In this document: positions 1 to 11,202 of the stretch, piece after piece | Layout: each line of letters opens with the position of its first letter | Position numbering within the stretch: position 1 is the stretch's first letter | Assembly: GCA_010093745.1 (NCBI GenBank) | Contig: MU006013.1 | Coordinates: forward strand, 1 to 64,000 | Length of the DNA stretch: 64,000 bases | DNA from: Piedraia hortae CBS 480.64 | Taxonomy: Eukaryota | Reading direction: 5' to 3' | Translations under genes and position numbers: made by a program | Notes under the pieces: generated by a model | Seen by the model: only the letters and a program-made list of their open reading frames with translations | What the model was told of the DNA's origin: nothing | The model's database searches: none

Positions 1-332
1 AAGTCGAGAGCCGAGCGACGGTTACTAATAATGCGCGTAATATACCGCATATTCACAACAGGAGCTGCACGGGCCGGTCCGTGCGTTCCACCACGGAGAA
101 TACACCTATATGCATGCATTCATTCTGAGAGAAGAATAAACACCGGATAGTAACACGCAAAAAGCTTCACTAATGCTATGATTCGCTCGAAAATAAGGCA
201 GCGTATATAGACTGGGTTCCTATTTCCACACGTCATTGCCGTTTAGGGTTTAGTGCGTAGGTCTAAAAGAGTTTTCATCCCGTCCTTGGCTCAACATCTG
301 TTCCACCAAAAAATCTTTTAAACGTCGATGAC

Positions 333-869
333 ATGCAAAGCATGAATAAGTTGCAGAGCATTTTGCGCCAGCTCGGCGACACACCAGCCTATTTCCCCGA
401 TTGTTGCGCTGGCATCTCTTTGCCATTGATCGCGACGTTATGCGCTCAACTTCCCCCTAACCCGCAGCTGACTCTTTCGATTGGATCAGGAAGCGGCCTT
501 TTGGAGGCTTTGCTCCTTGCTATTGGGGACGGTAGAGCCAACATCTTCGGCGTAGAGGTGCCGTCTTGCGAAAATTTGTACATGCCTGTCGAGCGTATGT
601 TGATCGTTCCAACTTCGCATTCTGTGAATTCTGATGCTGTTATGGCTTCTGCGCTGCTGTTTGTCTACCCACGTCATGTGCAACTAGTGAAGGATTATTT
701 GGGAATTTGTAAATCGGGGGCGTTGGAACAGGTTGTTTGGCTTGGGCCTACGAGTGATTGGGTGGATTTCGAGAGAGTTTTGAGGATGTTCTTTCATGTG
801 GTTCGGATTGTGCAGGACTGTGTGGCGGAGGGTGATATATTGGGATTGGCTGCTTCGCCCAGGAGGTAG
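333..869 (+). CDS. Hypothetical protein with a SAM-binding/methyltransferase-like glycine motif
   Basis: 178-aa ATG ORF; LSIGSGSGLLEALL followed by a strand ending in an acidic residue (FGVE), the pattern of class I methyltransferase motifs I/II. Confidence 0.6.
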   Translation: MQSMNKLQSILRQLGDTPAYFPDCCAGISLPLIATLCAQLPPNPQLTLSIGSGSGLLEALLLAIGDGRANIFGVEVPSCENLYMPVERMLIVPTSHSVNSDAVMASALLFVYPRHVQLVKDYLGICKSGALEQVVWLGPTSDWVDFERVLRMFFHVVRIVQDCVAEGDILGLAASPRR

Positions 870-1241
870 TTTCTGTATTTGTAGTCAGCCTTGTGTGGTC
901 GGACTTGGACTGACTGATTCCCTGATTTTCGGAACAGTAATGGGCTAACGCCTTTGAATACCATTTGCTCTCGTAAGATCATGTGTCTGGGTAAAACGTC
1001 CACGACCACGACGATGATTGATTGATCCTTGCAGGGTTTCAGTGAACATGAGCATCTTGAGTGGAATTCTGCCGGGGCCAATGATAGATCTGGGAGCACG
1101 GCACGCAGTGAGGTGATCCGTGACGACGATTTAAAACCGTCACCAACATGTCTGGTTATATAGTCAGTATTTCATGTAGAGCTCTCAGACAACACCTTCC
1201 CTTCCACTCTTCTCTGCACACTCATACTCTTTGCTATTATT

Positions 1242-3557
1242 ATGGCAGACTCCACCCACATCGATCTCTGGGAGCATGCATCGCTTTTGTACCACAGCTA
1301 TGAGTGGAAAGACGCTGTCGGCATGTTCAAAAGCCTGTACAACGACATCAGCCATCCAGAGGGTCAAGCGCTTTGCGCCCTCAATGTGGCTATCATCTCT
1401 TCGCGTCTGGGAGACTACTCCATTGCACAGGAGTATATAGATAACGCTGCCAAGCGTTTGATGAGCTGGCCAATTGTCCCATACCTTGCGGCTGCCATTG
1501 ACTGGGCGTTGGGTCAATCGATCAAGGCACAGGCCGACATTCTTGTCTGCCTTCGCGGCTTGAAAAACCATGAAATTGACTACAACAACTGCGGACTGCA
1601 GTTTGTGCTTCGCTCAGAGGATGTGCGACATTTTAACGATATTTTTGATGCAATGGCAAACAATGTTGACGAAATCCCAACTCTTTGTGCTGTCCTTCCG
1701 GCCGAGAGTATATTTGAGGCCCCCCCGCGTACTCCATCCGGCTTCAAGGCAAGATCTTTCACACCTGATGAGCCTACTCAAACTAAAGGGAATAGATCGG
1801 AGCCCCTCAAAAATTTTCCGCCGCTGAGAATAAAAGCTGAAGCCTCATCTTCAGCAGAAGCTAACTGCAATGAATCGGACTTGAACTCCGCCGAATCGCT
1901 TTCTAGGTCAAGTGACGTTACCTCTGGGACGCGTTTTGGGCGTGACGTTAGCGACTCCGTCGTTAGTGCTCACTTCACCCGTGATCCCACCACTGCCCAC
2001 TCTCAAAATCCTGCACGCCTCTTGCAAACTTCATCTGCGACGACGAGTCAAGAGCAACCTATTACCACCGAGCAAACTCTAAACATGCCCCACAACCAGC
2101 GTACGTGCGGAACTCCCACATATACGCAGTTCCATAAGCCACTGCGAAAAAGCAATTCGGCGCCTTTGCTAAAAAAGGAGGCAACATCACCACAACCGGG
2201 CACTTGGGTGGATCCAACCACCCTATCCCAATATGCCCATATCCAAGCACCAAATCCCGTAAGGCTCGCACCTCTCCCATATGGGACTGCAGCTAGTCCC
2301 AGTTTTCAAAGCCAGCGGGACAAATATCCAAGGTCTCACTCATCGAAGGGCAAAGGGCGGAACTATAGGAAACATCCAAGACTCGCTCCAGGCACTGTCA
2401 CTGCACATCAATACATGCAGCGTGCCTCGTATAGGTCGTCCATAACACCACCAGGCGACATAGAATCTGAAAGTTTTCCATTATACGTGGACACGCCTTT
2501 GCCGGGTACCTCACAGGACCCGGTTCTCCATTCTTTTGACGACGACAGCCCGCCCCAATCGCCACGCATTCCCAAGGGGCCAGTACGGCGATTTGACGGG
2601 CAGACAGCCCGCGTACCCCTCGCTGTTCGCCGCAAGGCGTCAGCTCCCCAGCTAGCAGCAACGCCGAGGCTAACCGGTTTGGTTCACCCGGCGCTGAGAG
2701 AGTCGGAGGACGCTCAGCAAGACACACCCAGGACGCACCTTCGGTTTGAGACCGATCGTGTGTTCGCGGTGGAGTCGCCGCTGCCAAAGGAGGCAACCTC
2801 CACTGACCACAAGCGTTCGAAGAACTTTTTCCTCGCGCTGGGGAGAGCCAGGACGAAGAGCAGCGGGGGGGACACAGGTTCGTCTTCTGCGCTATCGCCG
2901 AAATTGTGGTCACCCAGGGCCACCGGCACCAAGAAAAATCTGGCCAATATTCGAAGCTTTTTGCGGCGCGGAGGCAGTCCAAAGAGACGAACGTCCTCAC
3001 CGGCATCATTTACCCGCACATGGCGACAGCGGCAAGTAATGCCAGTGGTGCCCCGAGACCCTCGGGGTGCGTCCCCCGACGGCACCCGGGAACTGGCCAA
3101 ATTCCTGCGCGGGGCCTCCCCCTCCAAGTTTGAAGCGCGGAGGACGTCGTTGTGTCGTCGTCGCTCGCACTCTTCCTCGTCTGTCGCCGCACCCGCTCGC
3201 ACTCCTCTTGGGGAGAGCGTGGAGGAGAGCACGCGCCCACAACGACCCAGAAATGTCTTGCCTGTTGTGCGCGGCCGCCCGGGTTTTCTTGACGCAAGCA
3301 CGGTGCCCTCTTCACAGTCTTCGAGCGGCTCGACCAATCCGGAGAGACGCTGCGAGATTGCCCGAGAGGCAGCACTCTGCGCTTTAGAGGGGCGCACACC
3401 GCCACAAAAGGGAAGGCACAGGGTCAAAGACAAGGCCCTTCCGCCAACTCCCCCCTTCCAAGACAACGGCCACGACCAAGATGATGGCAGCTCCAGGGTC
3501 AACAACACGGCCACCATGTCAAGCGAGGCGATCTTCAGGCTGGGCAGATCCTTGTGA
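1242..3557 (+). CDS. Protein with an N-terminal p67phox/NoxR-like TPR domain and a long Ser/Pro/Arg-rich disordered C-terminus
   Basis: 771-aa ORF. The first ~160 aa are helical TPR-like repeats ending IDYNNCGLQFVLRSEDV, resembling the p67phox/NoxR IDYxxLGLxFxL segment, followed by LPAESIFEAP. Confidence 0.6.
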   Translation: MADSTHIDLWEHASLLYHSYEWKDAVGMFKSLYNDISHPEGQALCALNVAIISSRLGDYSIAQEYIDNAAKRLMSWPIVPYLAAAIDWALGQSIKAQADILVCLRGLKNHEIDYNNCGLQFVLRSEDVRHFNDIFDAMANNVDEIPTLCAVLPAESIFEAPPRTPSGFKARSFTPDEPTQTKGNRSEPLKNFPPLRIKAEASSSAEANCNESDLNSAESLSRSSDVTSGTRFGRDVSDSVVSAHFTRDPTTAHSQNPARLLQTSSATTSQEQPITTEQTLNMPHNQRTCGTPTYTQFHKPLRKSNSAPLLKKEATSPQPGTWVDPTTLSQYAHIQAPNPVRLAPLPYGTAASPSFQSQRDKYPRSHSSKGKGRNYRKHPRLAPGTVTAHQYMQRASYRSSITPPGDIESESFPLYVDTPLPGTSQDPVLHSFDDDSPPQSPRIPKGPVRRFDGQTARVPLAVRRKASAPQLAATPRLTGLVHPALRESEDAQQDTPRTHLRFETDRVFAVESPLPKEATSTDHKRSKNFFLALGRARTKSSGGDTGSSSALSPKLWSPRATGTKKNLANIRSFLRRGGSPKRRTSSPASFTRTWRQRQVMPVVPRDPRGASPDGTRELAKFLRGASPSKFEARRTSLCRRRSHSSSSVAAPARTPLGESVEESTRPQRPRNVLPVVRGRPGFLDASTVPSSQSSSGSTNPERRCEIAREAALCALEGRTPPQKGRHRVKDKALPPTPPFQDNGHDQDDGSSRVNNTATMSSEAIFRLGRSL

Positions 3558-4863
3558 TTCAGACACGACATCAATAAAGATGGAAGCATAACTAGAGCAG
3601 TTTATAATCACTTAATTATTGTGCCGTGGCTGCGCGCCGTGGTGTCTTGAGCGCAATTCGATCACTCTCTGCTCGAGTTTACATGTGCTGTTTGTTTATG
3701 TGACTCTGCATGTTTTCTTGTTACCTCGTCGATGAGGAAGTGGAGTCGATAATATATGTTGTGTACGCGTAGACTGGGAAGAGAGTGGATTGAAGTTACA
3801 GAAATTGCGGCATATAGAGGCTTTGCAAAATTTGCTCTCTGCAAGTTGACAAAAGGGGTAAATACAATCTCGTCGCCTTCATCTTGGCCAAAAATAGAAG
3901 ATATCCCGGATCCACGGTTTTAGACCCTTGCTCTTGGCACATGACAATTTTCGTACCAAAGCCACCTGTCTCCGACTCAACTGTCTTGTTTGCACATCAT
4001 CGTAAGGGGTTTACTATGCCTCTGAGCACTTTGGAAGCTCGTATGAGCCACACCACTTCGCCGTTGTCTACGTATTGAATCTGAGTTGTGGTGGTCTATC
4101 GAGTTAGCGGCGGAGTATGATCTGTCAGGGGCAACGTGTAAGTGATGCGAAACGGCCCGCTTTGTATAAGAGGGCGCTGACTAGCTGCAGCGCGCAAATC
4201 ATGTCGGCGATGTTTGGATGCGCATTTGAAAAAGAGGTTCAGCAGGCGACAACGCGGCCTTTTGTTGTTCAACAGAGATGCTACACCGAAAGAAGGCTCA
4301 GACCATTGCCAATGACAATTTCGGGGTCCCTTGCAAGGAAGAGACAATGGGGCGACTATGCCGGCGCTCAACAAAAAAGGAAAAGCTTTCACTTCACGAA
4401 GCCATGTCGGCGGTAAAGGCTGGGTGTCTGCAAAGTTGTATCGATGCAGTCAAACATGTTGGAAGATAGTTGTTGCGTAGCGTAATCGTTCTGAAGATTG
4501 AGTTTTTACAAAATTTTATTTTCTTGTGTTCAGCAGCGAGCTTATATTCAAGTAGCTTCTTTGTTCAAACAGTTCCAAATATCACTTCATTGCCCCACTG
4601 TCCTCTTTATCATGATTTTTAACTATCTTGATATACAGGATTTTTCCTTGTATAGTTCCTGTTATCAGGCCGAGGTATGGCAACAATACTTATCAACAAC
4701 AATACAATCTTTTTGATCGGGCACTGCACCCTCAGGACCTTTGGACCTTTGGGCTTAAGATGAGCCCTGGTTTGCTTGCGGGTCTATGAGCAGCATGCCC
4801 ATGGAATCTGCTGTTAGGGAAATTCCGATGGCGGCTCAAGCGTTATGAACACTGACTCTATCA

Positions 4864-5012
4864 CTGGTGTGGACAGGAAACAGCGATGAAAGAAAGACAA
4901 CGCGACTGTCCGCCCGAGTCGACGGGCGGAACTATGTACAAGAAACAACTTATCTATCAGCGACAACAATGTCGATCATGCGATCGACATGCCGAGGCAC
5001 CAGCGAGGATCG
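4864..5012 (+). repeat. Dispersed ~150-bp repeat family A, copy 1
   Basis: ctggtgtggacagga-aacagcgatgaaagaaagac...gcccgag...gggcggaactatgtac...gccgaggcac...ggatcg recurs at ~33955-34100 (minus) and ~34735-34888 (plus). Confidence 0.85.
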
Positions 5013-5315
5013 TGTCGGAGGGGTGAACATCCAAGGACTAAAGGGGAGCGGATATCGACTACAAAAGTTTTCACTCAACTCTGACCCAAAGGTGAATGTA
5101 GGTGTCCATCTCTTTGTGAGGTGAAGTTCGAAACCTTCTCCACACTACCTCAGTCTAAGTGCATTCGCCAGGACAACGTCAGCGAACCATGCCCTTAAGC
5201 ATGAACGAGACAATGAACCGTCCCAGGAAAACTTCCTCTATAGAGGTAAAAACCCTGAGAAGTTTCAACTTCTATCTACAGTTGTGGTCATGGTAGGTGC
5301 CAAATCCTTCTGACA
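5013..5315. mobile_element. Internally deleted LTR-like element (copy of 35905-36578)
   Basis: Begins TGTCGGAGGGGTGAAC and ends TGACA like 35905-36578; 5035-5315 closely matches 36295-36578. Confidence 0.75.
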
Positions 5316-5462
5316 GGTAGTCTAACACTGTTATGCGTGATTTCATTTCGAAAAGCCACATGCCGAAGCTGAAAAGATAGGACATCAACTCCAGCCTCTC
5401 CAATCGTCCATGGAGATATCGTCAATGATGCCGTACAGTTCTCGGACGATCGAGGCGCGTCT

Positions 5463-5894
5463 CTAGAGCTTGTCCCACGTGGCTGCCATGTTCCCGAGGG
5501 CTTCTCCCTCATCGGCCCATGCTTCGTGATTTTCTTCTTCAATGTGCAGCACTCCTACGCTGCAGCCTTGCCCAGCTTTCCCACCACCTCTCGCGAGCGA
5601 CTCGGCAACAGTGTGGCCAGCCTTGCCACACCCCCCCTTGTAGCGGAAGTTGCACATGGCGACCCCCTCAAGTAGCAATTCGTGGCGCAATTCTCCTATG
5701 AGCCCGTTGCACTCATCGTGCGCCATTTGATGGTTGGCGAGGGGGGAAGCCTTCCTTGTTGCTGTCCGGACGACGGTAATGACGGCAGCGGCGAAGATGA
5801 TGGAGAAGGTGGAGACAGTGGAAAGATGATCACGGCGTCCAGTGGTGTAGCTCTCTGATCTGGCAAGGCGCCGTCGGCCCTGTGGGGGACTCAA
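5463..5894 (-). mobile_element. Possible decayed retroelement gag fragment
   Basis: CNFRYKGGCGKAGHTVAES resembles a broken CCHC zinc knuckle, and it lies next to the LTR-like copy. Confidence 0.3.
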
Positions 5895-6853
5895 GGGCGG
5901 TGGATGATTGCGGTGGCTTGCTCAGATGTTCACAAAGAAAGGTTATGAAGTGTTACTCACCTGCTCATGCTACCACATGGGCCTCGCAATTCTCTACTTC
6001 TGGCCTTCCTGCGCTGCTTCAAGGCTGTGAGTGCCTGAAGGCTGGATCAGCTAATTCCTTGCTTTTGATCCGACACCGTCACGGTCTGGGATGGATGTTT
6101 GGAGAAAACAGCGGCCGCTCACCAGAGACTACCTTCGTCCTGGTTATGAGCATTTTGGACCTTCGTGACCATGGAGTTGTCAGTCAATTGGATTGGCAAA
6201 GGCTGGCTTCTCAAGACAGACGAAATCGGGACGAAGTTGATGTTCTCGGTTGGAATCGGTTTTCTGTGGACTTGGGAAGGACAGCTGTGAAGATGTCATC
6301 AGGTTTTGTGGATCTGAGGGGGAGAGGATAGGACATAACGTGTAGATCTGGGAGGAATCATATAGCACTTTTGGTGAACTTGTTTGTATGTAGAGAGAAT
6401 GGGACGGATTAGTTGAATCTATGTATTTACGTTAGTTTTCTACATGTGAAAGATTTAGGGGATATGATCTTTTGATCAGAAAGTTGCGTTGTGATATTCT
6501 GTCAGCACGAGTGGCAGGGTGGGTATGTTATTCTGATTCCGTCTCAAGTTAATACGTGGATGTCGTGGATGTTAACTGTCATTCCATCGATGTCAAGTGC
6601 CAGTTTCACGTGGGTGTCGTGGGTGAAAGGTCTGACACCTGTCACTGTGAGCAATTTACTACCCGTGATCATCAACTTTGATGGAGTCTCCTCGTGAGAG
6701 AGAACCTACGAAGCACCTAAAGGGTATGCTCACAACCTAACACCCGCAGGCTTGACCTACGAGACCCACCTCCAAAGACGCACTTGCACTTCTTCGCCGT
6801 GACCAATTACAACGGCACATGCAGTTTTTTCCAAAAATTTACCCCTATCAACC

Positions 6854-8164
6854 CTACCTTCCCCTCCAAAAAGTCCCGAAATCCAAACTCTTTATGTCGT
6901 CAGGCACTTTGAATGGATAAATCCTCTTGATCGGAATCCCCCTGAAATGCCTCTTCAACCTAGCGGCGTGGATCCTTCCCTTCGACCTCCCCCTCACAAA
7001 AACCGCCAGGATCTGATCCTTCGACACCGGCCTAAGTTCATTATACTTCTTCTCCAGATCCAAGAACAAAACAAACTTCCTCTCCGGGAACGTCTCCAGA
7101 ATCAAATTGATATTCCCTTCATTCGCGTCCTCGACCCATTCCGCCCCGATATCGTAACTGCCAGGCGGGTAGAATCTCTTCAGAAAAGGGGTATACATCC
7201 CCGATAGCTGCAGCGGGGCGTTGGTGATGTAATGGAAATGAACGTCGCAGCGAGGTGCGAATTGGGCGAAGAGGTGCGGCATATTCAGCCACGGGACGAA
7301 GGGTTTAAACGCGGACTTTTTCGGGTTAAATTTCGCCGTGTCGGGGGTACGTGTGCCTCGTTTCTCGGCCTCGCGTAGCACGGCGTCAATGTCGGCTATG
7401 ATTGTGACGCCTTCGGGTGGGACGAGGTTGATTTCTCCCTGGCTGTTCAGCGCGCTTTCGAAGCGGGACTGAATTCGTTTGATGCAGAAGGCAGCGTTGG
7501 GAGAGGGAGGGGGGACGGGGTCGAGAGGGGCGAATTCGTTAAATGTGCCCGGGAGTTCTGTGTCGCGGAGGAGGGTTACCTTTTGGTGGCCCTCCGAGCC
7601 AAGGAGAAGAGGGGGGACGGGGTGATTGAAGATAGGGTGGGAGTAGATTTCGGTCGTGAGGTCCAGAGCCTGGCCTCGGTCTTCCTGCGGGATCGAGTTC
7701 AGCGTCGCTTCGGCGTGACCGGTTAGGGCCTTGCCCCCGATAACGACTGATCCCGGAGTTCGCTCGACCATCTTGAACATTCGGCCGTGGACTCGGGCTA
7801 TCCATCGCCCGGGGTAGTGAGCTTTATCGGGGCGTGGCTCAGGGCTCCAGAATGCGTACGTATTCAAGTTCCGGATCCTGAGCGGCAGCGTACGGTTGTC
7901 GATACTATGGTATATGAAGTCATCAATCGCGTTGCCCAGTGTTTCCATTGCGAAGAGGTTTTGGTCCTTAATCTGGTAGAAGTTATTGAGGATCCAAAAC
8001 GTGGCCGCTATGACTTTGATGTATGCTCGATCCATGTTCTTAAAACGCTTGGGCACTGGATCATCATGCGATGAGCGGATATATCCGTACGTTGTGTGTG
8101 GATCATCTGCTTTGCAGTGGGAAAGACTGGCAAGCAGCAGTACAAGCGGACGTAAAGTGCGCAT
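6854..8164 (-). CDS. Secreted App1-like (DUF2183/HAD) phosphatidate-phosphatase-like protein, paralog 1
   Basis: 436 aa with an N-terminal signal peptide; LVPPEGVTIIADIDAVLR (DxDxV), FKPFVPWLNMP, HFHYITNAP, FYPPGSYD, ETFPERKFVLFLD. Confidence 0.75.
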   Translation of the reverse strand: MRTLRPLVLLLASLSHCKADDPHTTYGYIRSSHDDPVPKRFKNMDRAYIKVIAATFWILNNFYQIKDQNLFAMETLGNAIDDFIYHSIDNRTLPLRIRNLNTYAFWSPEPRPDKAHYPGRWIARVHGRMFKMVERTPGSVVIGGKALTGHAEATLNSIPQEDRGQALDLTTEIYSHPIFNHPVPPLLLGSEGHQKVTLLRDTELPGTFNEFAPLDPVPPPSPNAAFCIKRIQSRFESALNSQGEINLVPPEGVTIIADIDAVLREAEKRGTRTPDTAKFNPKKSAFKPFVPWLNMPHLFAQFAPRCDVHFHYITNAPLQLSGMYTPFLKRFYPPGSYDIGAEWVEDANEGNINLILETFPERKFVLFLDLEKKYNELRPVSKDQILAVFVRGRSKGRIHAARLKRHFRGIPIKRIYPFKVPDDIKSLDFGTFWRGR

Positions 8165-9071
8165 ATTGTTCTATATGTTGAAATTTCTTTGTGTGCAAAG
8201 TTAAGATCTTTGAGATAAAGTTGGAGACGGTGCGGGGATATGATTTTCAAAGGTGAAAGGATTTATAGACAGGTCTTGGCAGCACCCCACCGTTACAATT
8301 CATAACGCCTTAAGTCTCCACATTTCAAAGAGTAAAAACTTGCGACAACAAGGGACAGGAATGCGAAAAATCGTCGTCGCTCTCTGGTAAGCGAATAAGC
8401 GCCGCGCATTTTTGCTGCATTCGTCTCATTAGTAACATTGGGACGAGGCTATTAAGAGTCTGTACACTTTATCGCAGGTTCTACTGCAGAACTTCCTTAT
8501 AAGATGCTGTATTCTGCATCAGATTCCATCTCTTTCCAACGCTTTACCCAAATAGAAATGCCATAGTGCCTTGTTACCCCAGCACATCAAGACATGGAGG
8601 TTATTAACATAAAGCTAACAAATGAGAAACACAAAACGAGGCTACAAGTCATAGATCTGAAGGTCATTGCTGGTGAGTATCGGTCACGTGCGGGATGTAA
8701 GAGATGTCATGTTTTACAGTTCCCAGTTTCGAGTGACAGCTTCGTGACAGCTTCGTGACACCTTTCACTGCCACGTCAGGACTATGATCACAAACCAAAG
8801 GTATAGTCCTTACAGCAGGCAACCTAGTACATTCTTGCAAGATATACTCACGTGTTCATAGCGACGTATCTTATGTCGCCGAAAGAGACTCTAATGACGC
8901 ATCCTTTGCGCGTCCTCGCCGTAGTCTTGGGGCTAGTGATCTATCGATGTATATGTGAAGGCGGCGAGGGCTCTTTCTCACGAACGCTTGTTCGATACCA
9001 TTCCTGCTACAACTTTTGCCTGTGTATATCAACCAGAGTCTCCGTCCAAGAATCCTCCCACGACCACCACT

Positions 9072-10436
9072 TTAATTATATTTCTGCAACTTCGGAATGC
9101 CACACCCACCCGCATCAAAATCTAAACCCATCAGATCGTCTGGTTTCGTGAAATAGCGAATCTTGGTTTTAGGTATAAATTTCCAATTCTCCTTGAGGTT
9201 CGCAATCTTGAATTTCTCCCTATAATTCAGCGGAGCGATATCCCTGATCAAGATACACTCCAAACGACTCGGGGCCATGGTCGTGAATCTGTACCGTTTG
9301 GTCATATCCAATAGCAAATAAAACTTCCTGTTCGGGAACTTTTCCAGGATGAGATTGAGGTTAACTTCGCTTGGGAACCTCACATTCGTGCGTGCGGCAT
9401 CGAAGCTGCCGGGTGGGTAGAAATGCACAAGGAAACGCATGTACATGTCTGTAAAGGGCGAAGGAGCGTTGGTGATGTAGTGGAAATGAATGTCGCAGCG
9501 TGTTTTGAATTTGGCGAAAATTTGCGGCATATTCAGCCATGGACGGTAGGGTTTGAAAGCTGATTCTTTGAGACGTGGCATGTATTGTGAGACGCGCAAA
9601 ACGGCGTCAATGTCTGATACGATGGTGATTCCTTTGGGTGGGACAAAGAAGATGTCTGCTTGGCTTTTGATGGCGTTTGAAACTCTTGAGCGGATTCGTT
9701 TTACGCAAGCAGTATCGCTGTCCGGGGGACCAGAGAGTGAATGGAGCTCGGCAAATTCATCAAATTCGCCATGAAAGGTCGTTTCACTCGAAAGTTTGAC
9801 CGTTGCCTCCTCATGTGGGCCCAGCTTGATGGGTGGAACATAATGCCTCTTTACTGAATCAGCGACAACCTCGGCTGCGATGTCGAAGGCTTGGCGTCTT
9901 TCATCCTCCGGCACCTTTAGTAAAGGTTTTCCACCGATTTCTACCAGCGTTTTGCCCTTGATCAGATCAAGGCCTGGTGCCCTTTCAAGCACCTTGATCA
10001 TGCGGCCATGGAAACGAACAGTCCATGCGCCAGGGTCATAGGTATACTCATACTTTTTTTCCGGGGTCCAGTATGCGTATGAATTGAGATTCCGTACCCC
10101 AAGCGGCAGCTGTTTGCTACCGACGCGGAATGCTTTAAGACGTGTGATTGCGTAACCTACATTCTCAATTGTGTTAATATTTTTTTCCAGCATATGGTAT
10201 TCGTATTTGAGATCTGACAGTATGTAGTCGGACGTGGTTGCTTTGGGGATACGGCGCTCTAAGTGGTTTCCAGAAATGCATTCGACAGGTTGGTTGTGGT
10301 TTGAATACACGGTGGGTTCGAGGGACGTTCCTTGGATCGCTGATTGGTGGCCTAGAGTAATGTTTCCCGTTGGCGCGGCTTCGCCAAGGCGGGGGGCGCT
10401 GACGAGCAGAGATAAGAGTGGAATAATGGGATGCAT
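9072..10436 (-). CDS. Secreted App1-like phosphatase-like protein, paralog 2
   Basis: 454 aa; signal peptide (GEA|APT), LERR dibasic site; ITIVSDIDAVLR, PWLNMP, HFHYITNAP, YPPGSFD, FPNRKFYLLLD. Confidence 0.78.
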   Translation of the reverse strand: MHPIIPLLSLLVSAPRLGEAAPTGNITLGHQSAIQGTSLEPTVYSNHNQPVECISGNHLERRIPKATTSDYILSDLKYEYHMLEKNINTIENVGYAITRLKAFRVGSKQLPLGVRNLNSYAYWTPEKKYEYTYDPGAWTVRFHGRMIKVLERAPGLDLIKGKTLVEIGGKPLLKVPEDERRQAFDIAAEVVADSVKRHYVPPIKLGPHEEATVKLSSETTFHGEFDEFAELHSLSGPPDSDTACVKRIRSRVSNAIKSQADIFFVPPKGITIVSDIDAVLRVSQYMPRLKESAFKPYRPWLNMPQIFAKFKTRCDIHFHYITNAPSPFTDMYMRFLVHFYPPGSFDAARTNVRFPSEVNLNLILEKFPNRKFYLLLDMTKRYRFTTMAPSRLECILIRDIAPLNYREKFKIANLKENWKFIPKTKIRYFTKPDDLMGLDFDAGGCGIPKLQKYN

Positions 10437-11202
10437 GGTGTGGGAGTAGCCGAGGTTGCAGTTTGTGCAATTTCGAGAGGTTGAAAACGATTGAGGGAAA
10501 GTTAAGGCTTTTCAGATGTCAGGGTTTAACAGAATACAACATGACACGGTACCAAGGCATGCCCTTTTTTTTTTTTTTAAAAAAAAAAAAAGCTCTTCTA
10601 TAAACACATTCTGCCTACACCTTGTCGCGTGTCAAAGTAGGGTGCGAGTAGTTCATATCATAGACACAAAGAGCAGGATTCCGTAATCATAGACTGCGAC
10701 TTATGGTCAAACCCGCAGAAGGTGACTCATCCGCAACTCTGGATTCGAGCAAACTCAATTGTTTTGAGAACTGGTTGTGTCATCCTCAGCAATGTAGTGT
10801 CAACGGATCTATTATCTTTGTTTCCTAACCCTCCTCCCACTTTGAAATGACAGCTGGCATGACAGCTCCATGACACCTATCACCGGGAGCATGTTCGACA
10901 TGTCATGAATGTGATCTTGAACCGCGAGGAGAGTTTTCTCGTGAAACAAAACCTAATATATGTCCGTGCGATATATGCGCATGGTCTCGTTACAACGAGG
11001 CAGCAGGACAACAAGATCAAGAGTTGAAGACACATCCCCGCCGTGACCTTTGTCCTGCTGATTTCTCGACACATGTATGGAAATGGATAGTAAAGCTGTT
11101 TTGTCAATACAAACTCTGTCAGCAGTGTCCTTCAATCGCCGAGATTACATAAGCACGTCCGGAGAATGCTCCCTTCGAGCGTGCTCCCCACATATCCCCT
11201 AT

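Noticed and set aside
241..253. TTTAGGGTTTAG telomere-like sequence
   Set aside because: Fewer than two full units; consistent with chance.
2398..3589. Long antisense ORFs (203 and 291 aa), and similar ones opposite KRI1, SPP1, STB3, the decarboxylase and the arrestin-like gene
   Set aside because: Shadows of GC-rich coding sequence with no motifs.
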